Shown piece by piece: positions 1 to 8,805 of a DNA stretch of 24,655 bases. The position numbers and the translations under genes are program-made. The notes beneath the pieces were generated by a model that saw only the letters and a program-made list of their open reading frames with translations, searched no databases and was not told the origin of the DNA. The DNA lies in IMG/VR virus record IMGVR_UViG_3300032017_000004, positions 1-24,655 of that record. The stretch is one strand, 5' to 3'. The stretch is from a virus (lineage: Duplodnaviria > Caudoviricetes). Each line of letters begins with the position of its first letter. Position 1 is the stretch's first letter.

Positions 1-118
1 TGGTCTTGTTGATCTGGATGAGATGCTTGACTACTACCTTCTGGAACTTGACGGCTGCCGACCTCTGTGCGAAGGACGATTTCCGATACAGCTGCACACG
101 ACGCATTGTGTCGGTCAC
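1..118 (-). CDS. hypothetical protein, 5' part (runs off window)
   Basis: GTG at 118 overlaps upstream TGA (GTGA), GGAG RBS; open to window edge (MTDTMRRVQLYRKSS...). Confidence 0.55.
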   Translation of the reverse strand, partial: MTDTMRRVQLYRKSSFAQRSAAVKFQKVVVKHLIQINKT

Positions 119-270
119 GGTTTCTCCATAATCACGACAGGAACGACTATACCTCGAGATTCGAGATAAGGCAACACCAGGCTGGACATGATGGCCGAGC
201 CCCCGAGTGCGGACCCAACGATCATGAGATTGTTGAGAGTTGTTCGCAGGATCCGCACTCGGAGGCGCAT
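115..270 (-). CDS. small membrane protein (51 aa)
   Basis: Hand translation MRLRVRILRTTLNNLMIVGSALGGSAIMSSLVLPYL...; GAGGT RBS just after dnaE stop; hydrophobic segment. Confidence 0.6.
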   Translation of the reverse strand: MRLRVRILRTTLNNLMIVGSALGGSAIMSSLVLPYLESRGIVVPVVIMEKP

Positions 271-277
271 GGTTACC

Positions 278-3200
278 TCAGTCCGGGTCGATGACCCACA
301 TCTGGTTGCAGTGGACAGTCTTGCCGTAGAACGCCTTCTTCTCGACCCGCATGATCACGAAGTCGTGGCCCAGCGCAATGTCCCACAGAGCCGCCTTCAG
401 CTTGGGGTACATCCACCGGTTCACCTTGACCGTCATGAGGCCGGACTTGTCCTCCATGTACAGCGTCATGCTGTCCTTGAGGTGCGGGTCCTTGACGGTC
501 TTCGGGTCCAGCTCGTCGCCGGTCCGAGACCTGTGGTTCTCGTACAGGTCCTGGAGGTTGCGGGCTCGGACCGTCCCCATCACGACGTGCGAGCTCTTCT
601 TGGCGTCATAGGGGATGTTGTCGGCCAGCGTGTCGGGGAGCGGTATGCGTCCCAGCTTGCCCGACTTGATCTCCGCCTCGATGGTGGCCGCGCCGTCCTT
701 GAGCTTGTCCAGCTCGAAGGGGTCGTTCTTGGTGCAGAACTCCATGATCATTTCCATCTTGGCCGGGCCGATGCCACGGACCTTGATCAGGTCCTCCCAG
801 GCAGTGAACCCTCCGATCTCCTCGCGCTGCTCGACGATGGCCTCGGCGTACTTCTCACCGATGCCCTTGATCTGGAGGAACCCGGCCTGTACGCCGTCCC
901 TCTGCGGGGCGATCTCCCACGTCTCGGACGAACCCACCAGCTGAGGCGGGTACACCTTGTAGGAGCGCCCGTAGCGGTCGTCCGACATGTCTCGCATCAG
1001 CTGCACGTCGTTCATCTTCTTCGGGTCCGGCTTGGTCTTCCGGAGCTGGGCCGCGTAGAAGGCGAGCGGGTGGTGCTGCTTGAGCCACTGGCACCAGAAG
1101 GCCAGCATGGAGTAGGACACGCAGTGCGCCATGTTGAACGCGTAGGTGCCCGACGTGACGAGCTTCTTCCAGATCTTGTCGGCCAGCTCGTCCGAGATGT
1201 CCTGGGATCGGGAGCCCTCCAGGAACGTCTGGTACAGCTTGTTGAAGGCGGCCTCGCCCTTCTTCTGCGAGATCACCTTCCGGATCTCGGACGCGTGCAC
1301 CCAGGGGAACTTGCCGACGTTGCGGCACAGCGCGAGGATCTGCTCCTGATAGATGATCTGGTATTGGCTGTAGTGCGTCAGCTCGTCAACGAGCGGATGG
1401 AGATGTTCCACCTTCTGACGACCGTGCTTGACGGCGATGTAGTCACCAGTCGAACCACTGTGAAGCGGACCGGGCCGAGAGAGCGCGTTGATGTCACAGA
1501 GTTCGAGGAAGGTCGTCGGGGCAACCTCCTGGCAGACCATTCGAGTTGTACGGCCTTCGAACTGGAAGATACCCACAACGTCTGCCCGCCGAAAAGCGTC
1601 AAGAGTCTTCTCGTCCTCCATTGAGATAGCATACAAGTCCTCCAGGGACATTCCGATAAGCTCAAGGGCAATTCGAATCATGCCCATCGTTTGCAGTCCG
1701 AGAGCGTCCAGCTTCAGCAGACCCAGGTACTCGCCGTCGTACTTGTCGACCGAGAGAACCTGGAGGGTCTTCTTCTCCTTGCCGACGTTGTCCCGGGCGT
1801 ACGTGGCCACGTACTCGTGCAGCGGCTTCGCTCCCACAACCACACCGGCGGCGTGGACTCCGAAGCCCTTCAGATTCCCTTCGAGCTGGATCGCTCGGTT
1901 GAGTATCGGGTACCGATCGAAGACATCCTGCGCCTGAGGGAACTGAGCGATCGTGTCTTCCAGCGACGCATCGAACCGGCTGTCACCGCCGGAACGCTCG
2001 ACGAGAACCTCCTTGACCTTGTCGGCCTCGAACTTGGGGATCTCATACACACGCGCCACATCGTCGATCGAGTTCTTGCCACGGTACCGGGTGTATGTAC
2101 CGATGTTGCCTACGCGGTCTGCACCGTACCGCTTGATCATGTGCTGTCGGACGTAGTCCCGCTGGTCGTCGTCGAAGTCGAGGTCGACGTCGGGGAGGTC
2201 GTGCCGGTTCGGGTCGATGAACCGCTCGAACATCATCTGCGGGTACAGCATCGGGTCGATCTCCGTGATGCGGAGAAGGTAGCAGACCAGCGATGCAGCT
2301 GCGGAGCCTCGGGCCGGTCCCACGGGGATACCGGCGTCCTTGGTGGCTCGAACCGCATCGGACAGCATGAGGAAGTAGTCGACGAAGTCCTTGCTCACGA
2401 TCAGGCCGAGCTCGTACTCGACCCGCTCAACATATGCCCGCTGCTTGTCCTTGGGCATCTTGTTGAACTTGCGATACTTCCAGCCGTCGTTGAGCCAGAC
2501 GCGGATCATGTCGACGTTGGACATCCCCTCCTTGAACGAGGACTCCACCTCAAGCGGGTAGCGCACCCGGTCCATCGTCGGGAGCGTGACGTTGCAGCGG
2601 TCGAAGATCTCGCTGGTCGAGTCGATCGCCTGCTGCGCTCCGGACGCGCTCAGCCCCGTGCCACGGAGCCTGTCGAAGATGAACTTGTCCGAGGTCGGCA
2701 GCGTGAGGCGGATGTCGTACTCCCAACCAGCCTCTGCCGCTGCCACCGTGCCCGTGTTACGACCGGCGGCGTGCAGGATCTTCTGCATCTCGTTGTCGTC
2801 AGGGAACGGATAGTGGCAGTCGGACGTGGCGGCGAGCTTGAGCCCTGTCCGCTTGGCCTCCTGCTCCAGCCACGTGTTGATCTCGCCGGAGCGCTTCAGC
2901 TCGGGAAACTGCTGGGTCTCCAGGTAGTACCGGTCACCGAAGATCCGCTGGAAGCGCTGCATGACCTTGCGAGCCGCACGCTCGTCCCCGCGCTCGATCC
3001 ACTTCCCTCCCAGCAGAGTTGAGGACAGCATCGAGTCCGCGCACCCCGACAGGCAGATGAGTCCCTCGTGGTGATCCAGGAGCATCTGCCCCGTGACGGT
3101 CGGCCACCTGTAGTAGCCCTCGGCCCAGGACCGCGTCACGATCTGGTTCAGGTTGTGCAGGCCGGTCTCATCCATCGCCAGGAGCGTGAGGTGCATCTTC

Positions 3201-3475
3201 CGGGACATTCCGGTCCTGGTGTTGCCCTTGGCATCCTTGTACTGCATCGTCCGCATGTCGGCCGGAGCGGTGTAGGCCTCCAGGCCGAACATCGGCTTGA
3301 TCCCGTACTTCTGGCACGACAGCATGTGCTTGACGTGGGACGAGATGTTGCCGTGCTCCGTCAGAGCGAGCCCGCGCATCCCCAGGTCTGCCGCCCGCTT
3401 CGCATGCGTGTCAGGAGAGCCGTAGCCATCCATATACGAATACGTAGTGTGGTGGTGGAGGGAAACGTACTTCAT
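278..3475 (-). CDS. dnaE: DNA polymerase III alpha subunit (DnaE-type, C family) with PHP domain
   Basis: PHP motifs SLHHHT/TEHG/TSDCH; GPARGSAAASLV, FERF, PDVDLD, HAAGVV, KLDALGL, YAFNMAH; start at ATG 3475 (ATGA overlap, AAGGAAG RBS). Confidence 0.97.
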   Translation of the reverse strand: MKYVSLHHHTTYSYMDGYGSPDTHAKRAADLGMRGLALTEHGNISSHVKHMLSCQKYGIKPMFGLEAYTAPADMRTMQYKDAKGNTRTGMSRKMHLTLLAMDETGLHNLNQIVTRSWAEGYYRWPTVTGQMLLDHHEGLICLSGCADSMLSSTLLGGKWIERGDERAARKVMQRFQRIFGDRYYLETQQFPELKRSGEINTWLEQEAKRTGLKLAATSDCHYPFPDDNEMQKILHAAGRNTGTVAAAEAGWEYDIRLTLPTSDKFIFDRLRGTGLSASGAQQAIDSTSEIFDRCNVTLPTMDRVRYPLEVESSFKEGMSNVDMIRVWLNDGWKYRKFNKMPKDKQRAYVERVEYELGLIVSKDFVDYFLMLSDAVRATKDAGIPVGPARGSAAASLVCYLLRITEIDPMLYPQMMFERFIDPNRHDLPDVDLDFDDDQRDYVRQHMIKRYGADRVGNIGTYTRYRGKNSIDDVARVYEIPKFEADKVKEVLVERSGGDSRFDASLEDTIAQFPQAQDVFDRYPILNRAIQLEGNLKGFGVHAAGVVVGAKPLHEYVATYARDNVGKEKKTLQVLSVDKYDGEYLGLLKLDALGLQTMGMIRIALELIGMSLEDLYAISMEDEKTLDAFRRADVVGIFQFEGRTTRMVCQEVAPTTFLELCDINALSRPGPLHSGSTGDYIAVKHGRQKVEHLHPLVDELTHYSQYQIIYQEQILALCRNVGKFPWVHASEIRKVISQKKGEAAFNKLYQTFLEGSRSQDISDELADKIWKKLVTSGTYAFNMAHCVSYSMLAFWCQWLKQHHPLAFYAAQLRKTKPDPKKMNDVQLMRDMSDDRYGRSYKVYPPQLVGSSETWEIAPQRDGVQAGFLQIKGIGEKYAEAIVEQREEIGGFTAWEDLIKVRGIGPAKMEMIMEFCTKNDPFELDKLKDGAATIEAEIKSGKLGRIPLPDTLADNIPYDAKKSSHVVMGTVRARNLQDLYENHRSRTGDELDPKTVKDPHLKDSMTLYMEDKSGLMTVKVNRWMYPKLKAALWDIALGHDFVIMRVEKKAFYGKTVHCNQMWVIDPD

Positions 3476-3738
3476 GCAGGATTCTTCCTTACCCATCCGA
3501 ACGGCTCTTCAAGTTCGCCTATCCTACGGCCCGTTGCGACCTCGTCAGCGACCCACTTCATATAGCGGTCGAGGTCGGACCGGCTGACTCGAAGAAGCCT
3601 TGACGCCGTGGCCGCGAGCGCGATCCGACGACCGCTGATGTATCGGTCTCGGCTTCCCGCGTTGATCTGGACGTCGGCCTGGAGGATCTCGCCTACCAAC
3701 CAGACGACATCCCCTCTGCTAAGGCTGCCACTGGACAT
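3472..3738 (-). CDS. hypothetical protein
   Basis: 88-aa ORF, AAAGGA RBS, stop coupled to dnaE start. Confidence 0.75.
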   Translation of the reverse strand: MSSGSLSRGDVVWLVGEILQADVQINAGSRDRYISGRRIALAATASRLLRVSRSDLDRYMKWVADEVATGRRIGELEEPFGWVRKNPA

Positions 3739-3759
3739 TCAGTTCCTTTCGAAGACGGA

Positions 3760-3789
3760 GGCCGCCCGTGACCCTCGCCACGGGCGGCC
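3760..3789 (-). terminator. GC-rich stem-loop, possible terminator
   Basis: ggccgcccgtg-N8-cacgggcggcc, perfect 11-bp inverted repeat, intergenic; weak U tail. Confidence 0.55.
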
Positions 3790-3800
3790 AGCGGGTTGGA

Positions 3801-4877
3801 CTAGTAGCCCCGGATGATCCGCTCGAACCGGCTCAGCAGCGCGCGCTGCTGGTCGGACTTCTTGAAGATCTTGTCGAGGATGACCTTGGCCTCTCCCTTC
3901 AGGGCCTCGTCGGTGACGCCGTCCACGAGCTCTCCGAGACTGGCGAGCAGCGGGTCACGCTCGGCGGCCTCCTCCTCGCGGATCGCCTCGTCCATCTCAT
4001 CCTCGTCCGGGTCCTGCGGGTGCACCGGGTCGTCGTCCCGCTTCGGCAGAAGCGAGTTGCCCTCGTTGTCGTGGCAAGTGCAGGCCTTGACGACGCTGAT
4101 GTCGGTGACGCCGCCCCTGGCGACGAGGTAGTCGCCGTCCATCTCCAGCGATCCGCTGATGGTGAGCTTGTCGCCCACCTTGAGCGGGACGTGCTGCGCC
4201 TGGTCGGCCTCGCCGAACTCGGAGCTCGACATGCTGGCGAACGCGTCCGCGATCCTGTTCTGCAGCAGCTTGCCCCGGCTCATCAGCAGAGGCTCGTCGC
4301 GGTCGTTCGTCATGCCCGCGTCCCGGAGGCGCTGAGTGGCCTCCTCCAGGCTCAGAGACGGGTCGGAGCACCGGGCGGCCATCTCCTCCCGGGCGTCGTC
4401 CTCCATCTGCTTCGAGGCCCTCGCACGGACCATGTCACCGAAGGGCGGCGTCAGCCCGTACGACAGCTGATACGCCTTGCTCGCGTCGCCGCCCACCATG
4501 CGGAAGATCGCGTCGACGGCGGCGTCGTCCTCGCTGTAGGCATAGACCCGGTTCGCCTCCTCCTTCATGGCGCGCATGTGCAGCGTCAGGAACAGGTGGC
4601 CGATCAGGTCGCTGATGATCTCGTCCGTGCTCTCGAAGTCCAGCTCCTCGCCGTCCCACATGGCCCGCTTGAGCTTGATCATCTTGCGGTGGATGTCGGA
4701 GTACTGCCCGCGCTCGCCGAGCTCGAAGGCGGAGCCGCTGCCGTAGTCGGCGTTCTTCTTGGCGAACAGCCGGAGCCACTCCGGCATGTAGGTCCCGGCG
4801 ATCGCCAGGAGCTCGGCGCTGTCGCCCTCGCCGGGGATGATCTCGACGCGGCCCGAGGTTCCGTTAGCGACTCGCAT
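3801..4877 (-). CDS. Nmad1/DUF1599-like nucleotide-modification-associated protein with long C-terminal extension
   Basis: N-terminal LFAKKNADYG...DIHRKMIKLK...ESTDEIISDLIGH pattern typical of DUF1599 (MazG-like helical) family. Confidence 0.7.
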   Translation of the reverse strand: MRVANGTSGRVEIIPGEGDSAELLAIAGTYMPEWLRLFAKKNADYGSGSAFELGERGQYSDIHRKMIKLKRAMWDGEELDFESTDEIISDLIGHLFLTLHMRAMKEEANRVYAYSEDDAAVDAIFRMVGGDASKAYQLSYGLTPPFGDMVRARASKQMEDDAREEMAARCSDPSLSLEEATQRLRDAGMTNDRDEPLLMSRGKLLQNRIADAFASMSSSEFGEADQAQHVPLKVGDKLTISGSLEMDGDYLVARGGVTDISVVKACTCHDNEGNSLLPKRDDDPVHPQDPDEDEMDEAIREEEAAERDPLLASLGELVDGVTDEALKGEAKVILDKIFKKSDQQRALLSRFERIIRGY

Positions 4878-5508
4878 AGCTGGGTCCCATTTCCTTGTAC
4901 TGGTCGATCTTGGCGAGGATGATGCAGCGGGCCATCACGAGGTCGGACGCGGTGAGCTGCGTCGGCCCCGGGACGAACTGCCGGTTGGCGTCGTTGAGAC
5001 GCATGATGGTGGAGATGCCGAGCTGGTTGGCGACCTTGATCTGGGACAGGTCATCCTCCAGAGCGCAGATGACCCGCTCCTTGCCGACGCCCTTGACCAG
5101 GTCCCTGTACTTGTGCTCGCCGTACAGGATGCCGTCGACCTGAAGACCGTTGCGGCGGAGCCAGTGCTGGGTGTCGCCGTCGATGGTCGTCATCTGCAGG
5201 TACGGACGCGTCGTGCACGCCGTCACCATGACGCCACGGCGCCGGATGGCGATGGTCAGGTCACGAGCCGCCTCGAACACGGGCATGGACCGCTTCATGC
5301 CGCCCATGCGATAGGCGAGCTTGCACTTGCGGTACAGCGCCTTGCTCATGCCGAGCTGGGCCGCGAACGAGCCCTTGATCTCCGGATCCCACACGATCTC
5401 GCGGCCCGTCCACATCGTGGCGAACCGGCGGAAGTGCTCGTGGTAGTCGCCCAGGGTTCCGTCGAGGTCGAGCGCCACGACGGGCGCCTCGATGCCGGGT
5501 CGCTTCAC
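4864..5508 (-). CDS. HAD-superfamily phosphatase (5'(3')-deoxyribonucleotidase-like)
   Basis: VALDLDGTL motif I, TTR motif II, K motif III, LEDD motif IV; GTG at 5508 coupled to upstream stop. Confidence 0.85.
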   Translation of the reverse strand: MKRPGIEAPVVALDLDGTLGDYHEHFRRFATMWTGREIVWDPEIKGSFAAQLGMSKALYRKCKLAYRMGGMKRSMPVFEAARDLTIAIRRRGVMVTACTTRPYLQMTTIDGDTQHWLRRNGLQVDGILYGEHKYRDLVKGVGKERVICALEDDLSQIKVANQLGISTIMRLNDANRQFVPGPTQLTASDLVMARCIILAKIDQYKEMGPSYASR

Positions 5509-6290
5509 TGGGTGTTCCCTCCGTGCTCGATGCGGTCCAGCAGGTTGTTGGTCTCGTCCCAGGCCTCGTGGGACAGGACGCCCTTCTTCCACTGGCCGTA
5601 CCGGCCCATGCGGGTGACGGCGGGGAAGCAGTTGCAGTTCGTCGTGATGGGCTTGGTGACCTCCCACACACGGCTCATGGCCATGTCCGGCGCGGGCCTG
5701 TACATCGCGGGCCACTCGGTGTTCTGATACTCCTGGATCCTGGAGGACCGGTACCAGGGGATCTGCTCGTCACCCTGGCACAGCACCGTATTGTTGCGGA
5801 TCTGGCCATGGGCGAACTCGGTCGCGTGAACCATGGCGTACTCGAAGTCGTGCTTCCGGGCGCACAGGTACGGCGCCGGGATCGTCGAGATCACCTGGTC
5901 CGGGCGGACGCGGCGCATCCGGTTCAGCAGGTGGTCCGGGCTCGCCTCGAACGGGTTGACCAGCTGCATGTACTGGTCCCACAGCCAGTTGTACGCCTCG
6001 CGGATGTCCCAGGCCGGGTGCTGGCCGACGAGCGACTCGGGGCTCACCTCGACCTCGGAGTCCGGGCCGTACACCTTGTTCCGGTACCCCGCCACGTCCC
6101 CGGCCAGCTGGTAGTTGATCGTGAACTCGGGCAGAGTGTTTGCGTCCGGGATGGGAGCGTGCAGGTACTGCGCCCCGTTCATCTTGGACTTACGCGGCTT
6201 GCTGGCGATGACAACGTCATGCCCGCGCTTGACTGCCGCGTGCGCTGCGATGAGTCCCGCCGGACCGCATCCCAGGATCAGGATCTTCAC
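5505..6290 (-). CDS. FAD-dependent oxidoreductase (UDP-galactopyranose mutase/amine oxidase-like fold)
   Basis: KILILGCGPAGLIAA Rossmann motif, GAQYLH, C-terminal MGRYGQWK; GTG at 6290, AAGGAG RBS. Confidence 0.8.
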   Translation of the reverse strand: MKILILGCGPAGLIAAHAAVKRGHDVVIASKPRKSKMNGAQYLHAPIPDANTLPEFTINYQLAGDVAGYRNKVYGPDSEVEVSPESLVGQHPAWDIREAYNWLWDQYMQLVNPFEASPDHLLNRMRRVRPDQVISTIPAPYLCARKHDFEYAMVHATEFAHGQIRNNTVLCQGDEQIPWYRSSRIQEYQNTEWPAMYRPAPDMAMSRVWEVTKPITTNCNCFPAVTRMGRYGQWKKGVLSHEAWDETNNLLDRIEHGGNTQ

Positions 6291-6487
6291 TAGAGCTCCT
6301 TGATGATTCGCTCGACTGCTTTCTGGTCGAGCTCGTGAACGATGGACTTGTACGGGGCGGGCTGATCGTCCCGATTGTCCAGTATATGCTGCGGGCACCC
6401 CTCGGTGAAGAAGTGGACCCCACCACAGACGGCCGCACGCTCGCAGATGCAGCGGCTGTCAGCGGTGACACAACAGATGAGCGCCAT
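6290..6487 (-). CDS. small Cys-rich hypothetical protein
   Basis: 65 aa, six Cys, coupled to both neighbours. Confidence 0.65.
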   Translation of the reverse strand: MALICCVTADSRCICERAAVCGGVHFFTEGCPQHILDNRDDQPAPYKSIVHELDQKAVERIIKEL

Positions 6488-6708
6488 CAGTGGTCAATCC
6501 CGCACTCGGGGCACGCCTTGCGCTCGGTCAGCTTGCGGAGACCGGCTCGCATCCACCGGGCCGGGAAGCCCCACATCACGGCGTCCCACTCGGTGGCGTG
6601 CGTCTTGTTGTAGTTGATGATGTCGAGGATCTCGTCCTGGAGCCGACGGTCCTTGGCCATCCGCAACCGAATGCGAAGGTACTCCTCGACCTGCGGGCTG
6701 CTAGCCAT
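6487..6708 (-). CDS. hypothetical protein (C-terminal CPEC)
   Basis: 73 aa, coupled to neighbours. Confidence 0.7.
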   Translation of the reverse strand: MASSPQVEEYLRIRLRMAKDRRLQDEILDIINYNKTHATEWDAVMWGFPARWMRAGLRKLTERKACPECGIDH

Positions 6709-7246
6709 CCAGATTCACCACCCTTGCCCTTACGTCGTCCGGGAGCCACAGGTCGTCCCGGCTCATGGCCTCTCGGTCTCGCTTGCTGACCATGAGGTGG
6801 TAACCCCCGGTCGTGGCGACGGGCCACAGCGTCGGCCAGAACCCGTCTTCCTCGTCCAACTCTACCCTGTGGAGATCGGATCTCCAAAATCCGCCCCGTG
6901 TCATGGCGGCGATGTGCGAGATGTGCACGTCCTCGTCGTCGTGCCACGGCGGCAGCTGGAACCTGTGCCCCTCCTCAGCGAGCTTCCTCCCTGGCGTCCC
7001 GAAGTCCGCGAAGAAGTCGGCGTCCAGCCCGCGCTTGTGGTTGGCCTCGATGCAGAGGATCGCGCCGTACGCGTGAAGGGCGAGCACATGGTTCTCCCAC
7101 ATCCGCCCTACGGCCGGGAGCTCTCCGCCGCGCCACAGCAACCGGCGCAGGGACAGGGTCGTCTGGATCGTCGCCAACAGAGCCTCGTCGCTGATGCGGT
7201 CGAGCCACATGCTCGGCAGCGTATCAAGCCACCATGTGACCTTCAC
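6701..7246 (-). CDS. divergent pyrimidine-dimer DNA glycosylase/endonuclease V-like protein (MSMEG_6728-type)
   Basis: PAVGRMWENHVLALHAYG..C.E..RG and LPPWHDDEDVHISH match the family pattern; GTGA-coupled start at 7246. Confidence 0.65.
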   Translation of the reverse strand: MKVTWWLDTLPSMWLDRISDEALLATIQTTLSLRRLLWRGGELPAVGRMWENHVLALHAYGAILCIEANHKRGLDADFFADFGTPGRKLAEEGHRFQLPPWHDDEDVHISHIAAMTRGGFWRSDLHRVELDEEDGFWPTLWPVATTGGYHLMVSKRDREAMSRDDLWLPDDVRARVVNLDG

Positions 7247-7428
7247 TTGTACAACCTCGCAATCTCCTCGGGCGGGGTGCCCAGCTTGCACTCTACGATG
7301 TCGAGGATCTCGACACCCTGGTCTTCCATCTCGTCAGCCAGGTCGTTGGCGAGGTCCTCGGTGTAGCTGCACACCGTGGCACGAGGCTTCCCGTCGGCGT
7401 GGCGGTAAGCGACCTTGAACGACTTCAT
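7243..7428 (-). CDS. hypothetical protein
   Basis: 61 aa, ATGA/GTGA coupling on both sides. Confidence 0.75.
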   Translation of the reverse strand: MKSFKVAYRHADGKPRATVCSYTEDLANDLADEMEDQGVEILDIVECKLGTPPEEIARLYK

Positions 7429-7760
7429 CGCTTGCGCATCTCCAGTTCAATGCAGTTGGACGACGTGGGCGTCATGCTGGGTGCCGAGGTACAGTAGATC
7501 TTGAGGACGTCGCCCTCGATGTGCACCTCGAATGCATTGTTCCATGTCGCCCGAGTCGTCACGAATCGGATCCGCGTGTCCTTGCCGAGGGCCTCATCCT
7601 CAATCGGATACTGCGCCTTGCGGAACGTGTTGCTGTCGCTGACGTCCTGCTCAAGCTCGGCCTGCTGCGTCCGGATGGTCGACCGCAGCGAGTTGATGTG
7701 GTCCTGGACCCACTTGGGCAGGCCCTTCTCACGAGGGTCGATCTTGTAGTAGTTGCCCAT
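7425..7760 (-). CDS. hypothetical protein
   Basis: Start trimmed to ATG 7760 (TGATG overlap): MGNYYKIDPREKGLPKWVQ... Confidence 0.75.
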   Translation of the reverse strand: MGNYYKIDPREKGLPKWVQDHINSLRSTIRTQQAELEQDVSDSNTFRKAQYPIEDEALGKDTRIRFVTTRATWNNAFEVHIEGDVLKIYCTSAPSMTPTSSNCIELEMRKR

Positions 7761-8017
7761 CAGGACATCCCCATCCCGAGGTCGAGGGCCACCCTCGCCT
7801 TCTCGATCGGCAGGCTCCTGAGCCAGTCGTTGAACTCGATGTGCTCCTTCCAGGTCTTCTTCTTGGTCGGGATCAGGATCGGCTCGCTCATGATGTCGGG
7901 CGCCTCCATGGTCCAACTTCCGCCGCAGCTCATCTGGTTGCACAAGTGCCTTCCGTCGCACTTGCCCTTCTCGATGGTGCAGATGCATCCAGATATCTTC
8001 ACTCCGCAGATCTCCAT
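7760..8017 (-). CDS. hypothetical protein with Cys-rich N terminus
   Basis: 85 aa, AAGGAGGT RBS. Confidence 0.75.
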   Translation of the reverse strand: MEICGVKISGCICTIEKGKCDGRHLCNQMSCGGSWTMEAPDIMSEPILIPTKKKTWKEHIEFNDWLRSLPIEKARVALDLGMGMS

Positions 8018-8035
8018 GATCCACCTCCTTCAAGA

Positions 8036-8072
8036 CCGCGCCCCTGCTCCGCCCTGGTGAGCAGGGGCGCGG
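8036..8072 (-). terminator. stem-loop after terD-like gene
   Basis: ccgcgcccctgctc-N9-gagcaggggcgcgg, perfect 14-bp inverted repeat. Confidence 0.6.
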
Positions 8073-8087
8073 CGTTCAAGGGACGGC

Positions 8088-8759
8088 TCAGAAGTTGGCC
8101 ACGTGCCGCAGGAAGTTGTCGCGGTCGCCCTGCTTGACGTCCACCTTGCTGTCGGACACGCGGAGCGTCCAGTGCTCGGCGACGTCGGCGGTCGCGGGCT
8201 GTCGGGTGAGCACCGCCACGCCCATGGTGTTGCGGACGTTCAGGAGCGAGGGCTCGATGAACGCCACAGCGTCCTTGCTGTTGCCAGTGCAGTCGTACAG
8301 CGTGACCGTGATGTTCTTGGCACGCTTCATGGACGAGCCCGGCTTGAAGGCCGTGGCGGTGAGCACGACCTTGTTGTACCGGCGCGGGATGTCGCTCAGG
8401 CGGAGCCGGACAGTCTCGTCGTCGCCCTCGCCCTCGCCGGTCTGGTTGTCGCCGGAGTGGACGGCCGCACCGGGCGCGTCGCTGAAGGCGTCCAGCTCGT
8501 CCCAGCCGAGGTACTTCTTCGGCTCGCCGTTGGTGTAGAAGATCGCGATGCCGTCGAGGTCCGAGCCGACCTTCCGGTTCAGCCATCCGACGACGCCGCC
8601 CGCACCGGCCGTGGACTTGTCCCAGGCGAGGCCCATCTCGAGGACCTCGACTCCGGCGAGCGAGTTCTCTTCGCCGTCGAGGGCGAGCGGTGCGCCCAGC
8701 GCCTCGTAGTCGACCTGGACGGTCTGGGGCACGAACGCGGGCTTGGCGAGGTTAGCCAT
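8088..8759 (-). CDS. TerD-family (tellurium/stress-response) protein
   Basis: GLAWD, SDLD, HSGDNQTGEGEGDDE signature; ATG 8759 with AGGAG RBS. Confidence 0.9.
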   Translation of the reverse strand: MANLAKPAFVPQTVQVDYEALGAPLALDGEENSLAGVEVLEMGLAWDKSTAGAGGVVGWLNRKVGSDLDGIAIFYTNGEPKKYLGWDELDAFSDAPGAAVHSGDNQTGEGEGDDETVRLRLSDIPRRYNKVVLTATAFKPGSSMKRAKNITVTLYDCTGNSKDAVAFIEPSLLNVRNTMGVAVLTRQPATADVAEHWTLRVSDSKVDVKQGDRDNFLRHVANF

Positions 8760-8805
8760 TGCTATCTCCTGATTGTGTGGGACAACGGGTAAGCACCCGA
8801 TGCAG

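Noticed and set aside
278-3475. Intein or intron in dnaE
   Set aside because: Length is normal for DnaE, motifs are contiguous and no splice motifs were seen.
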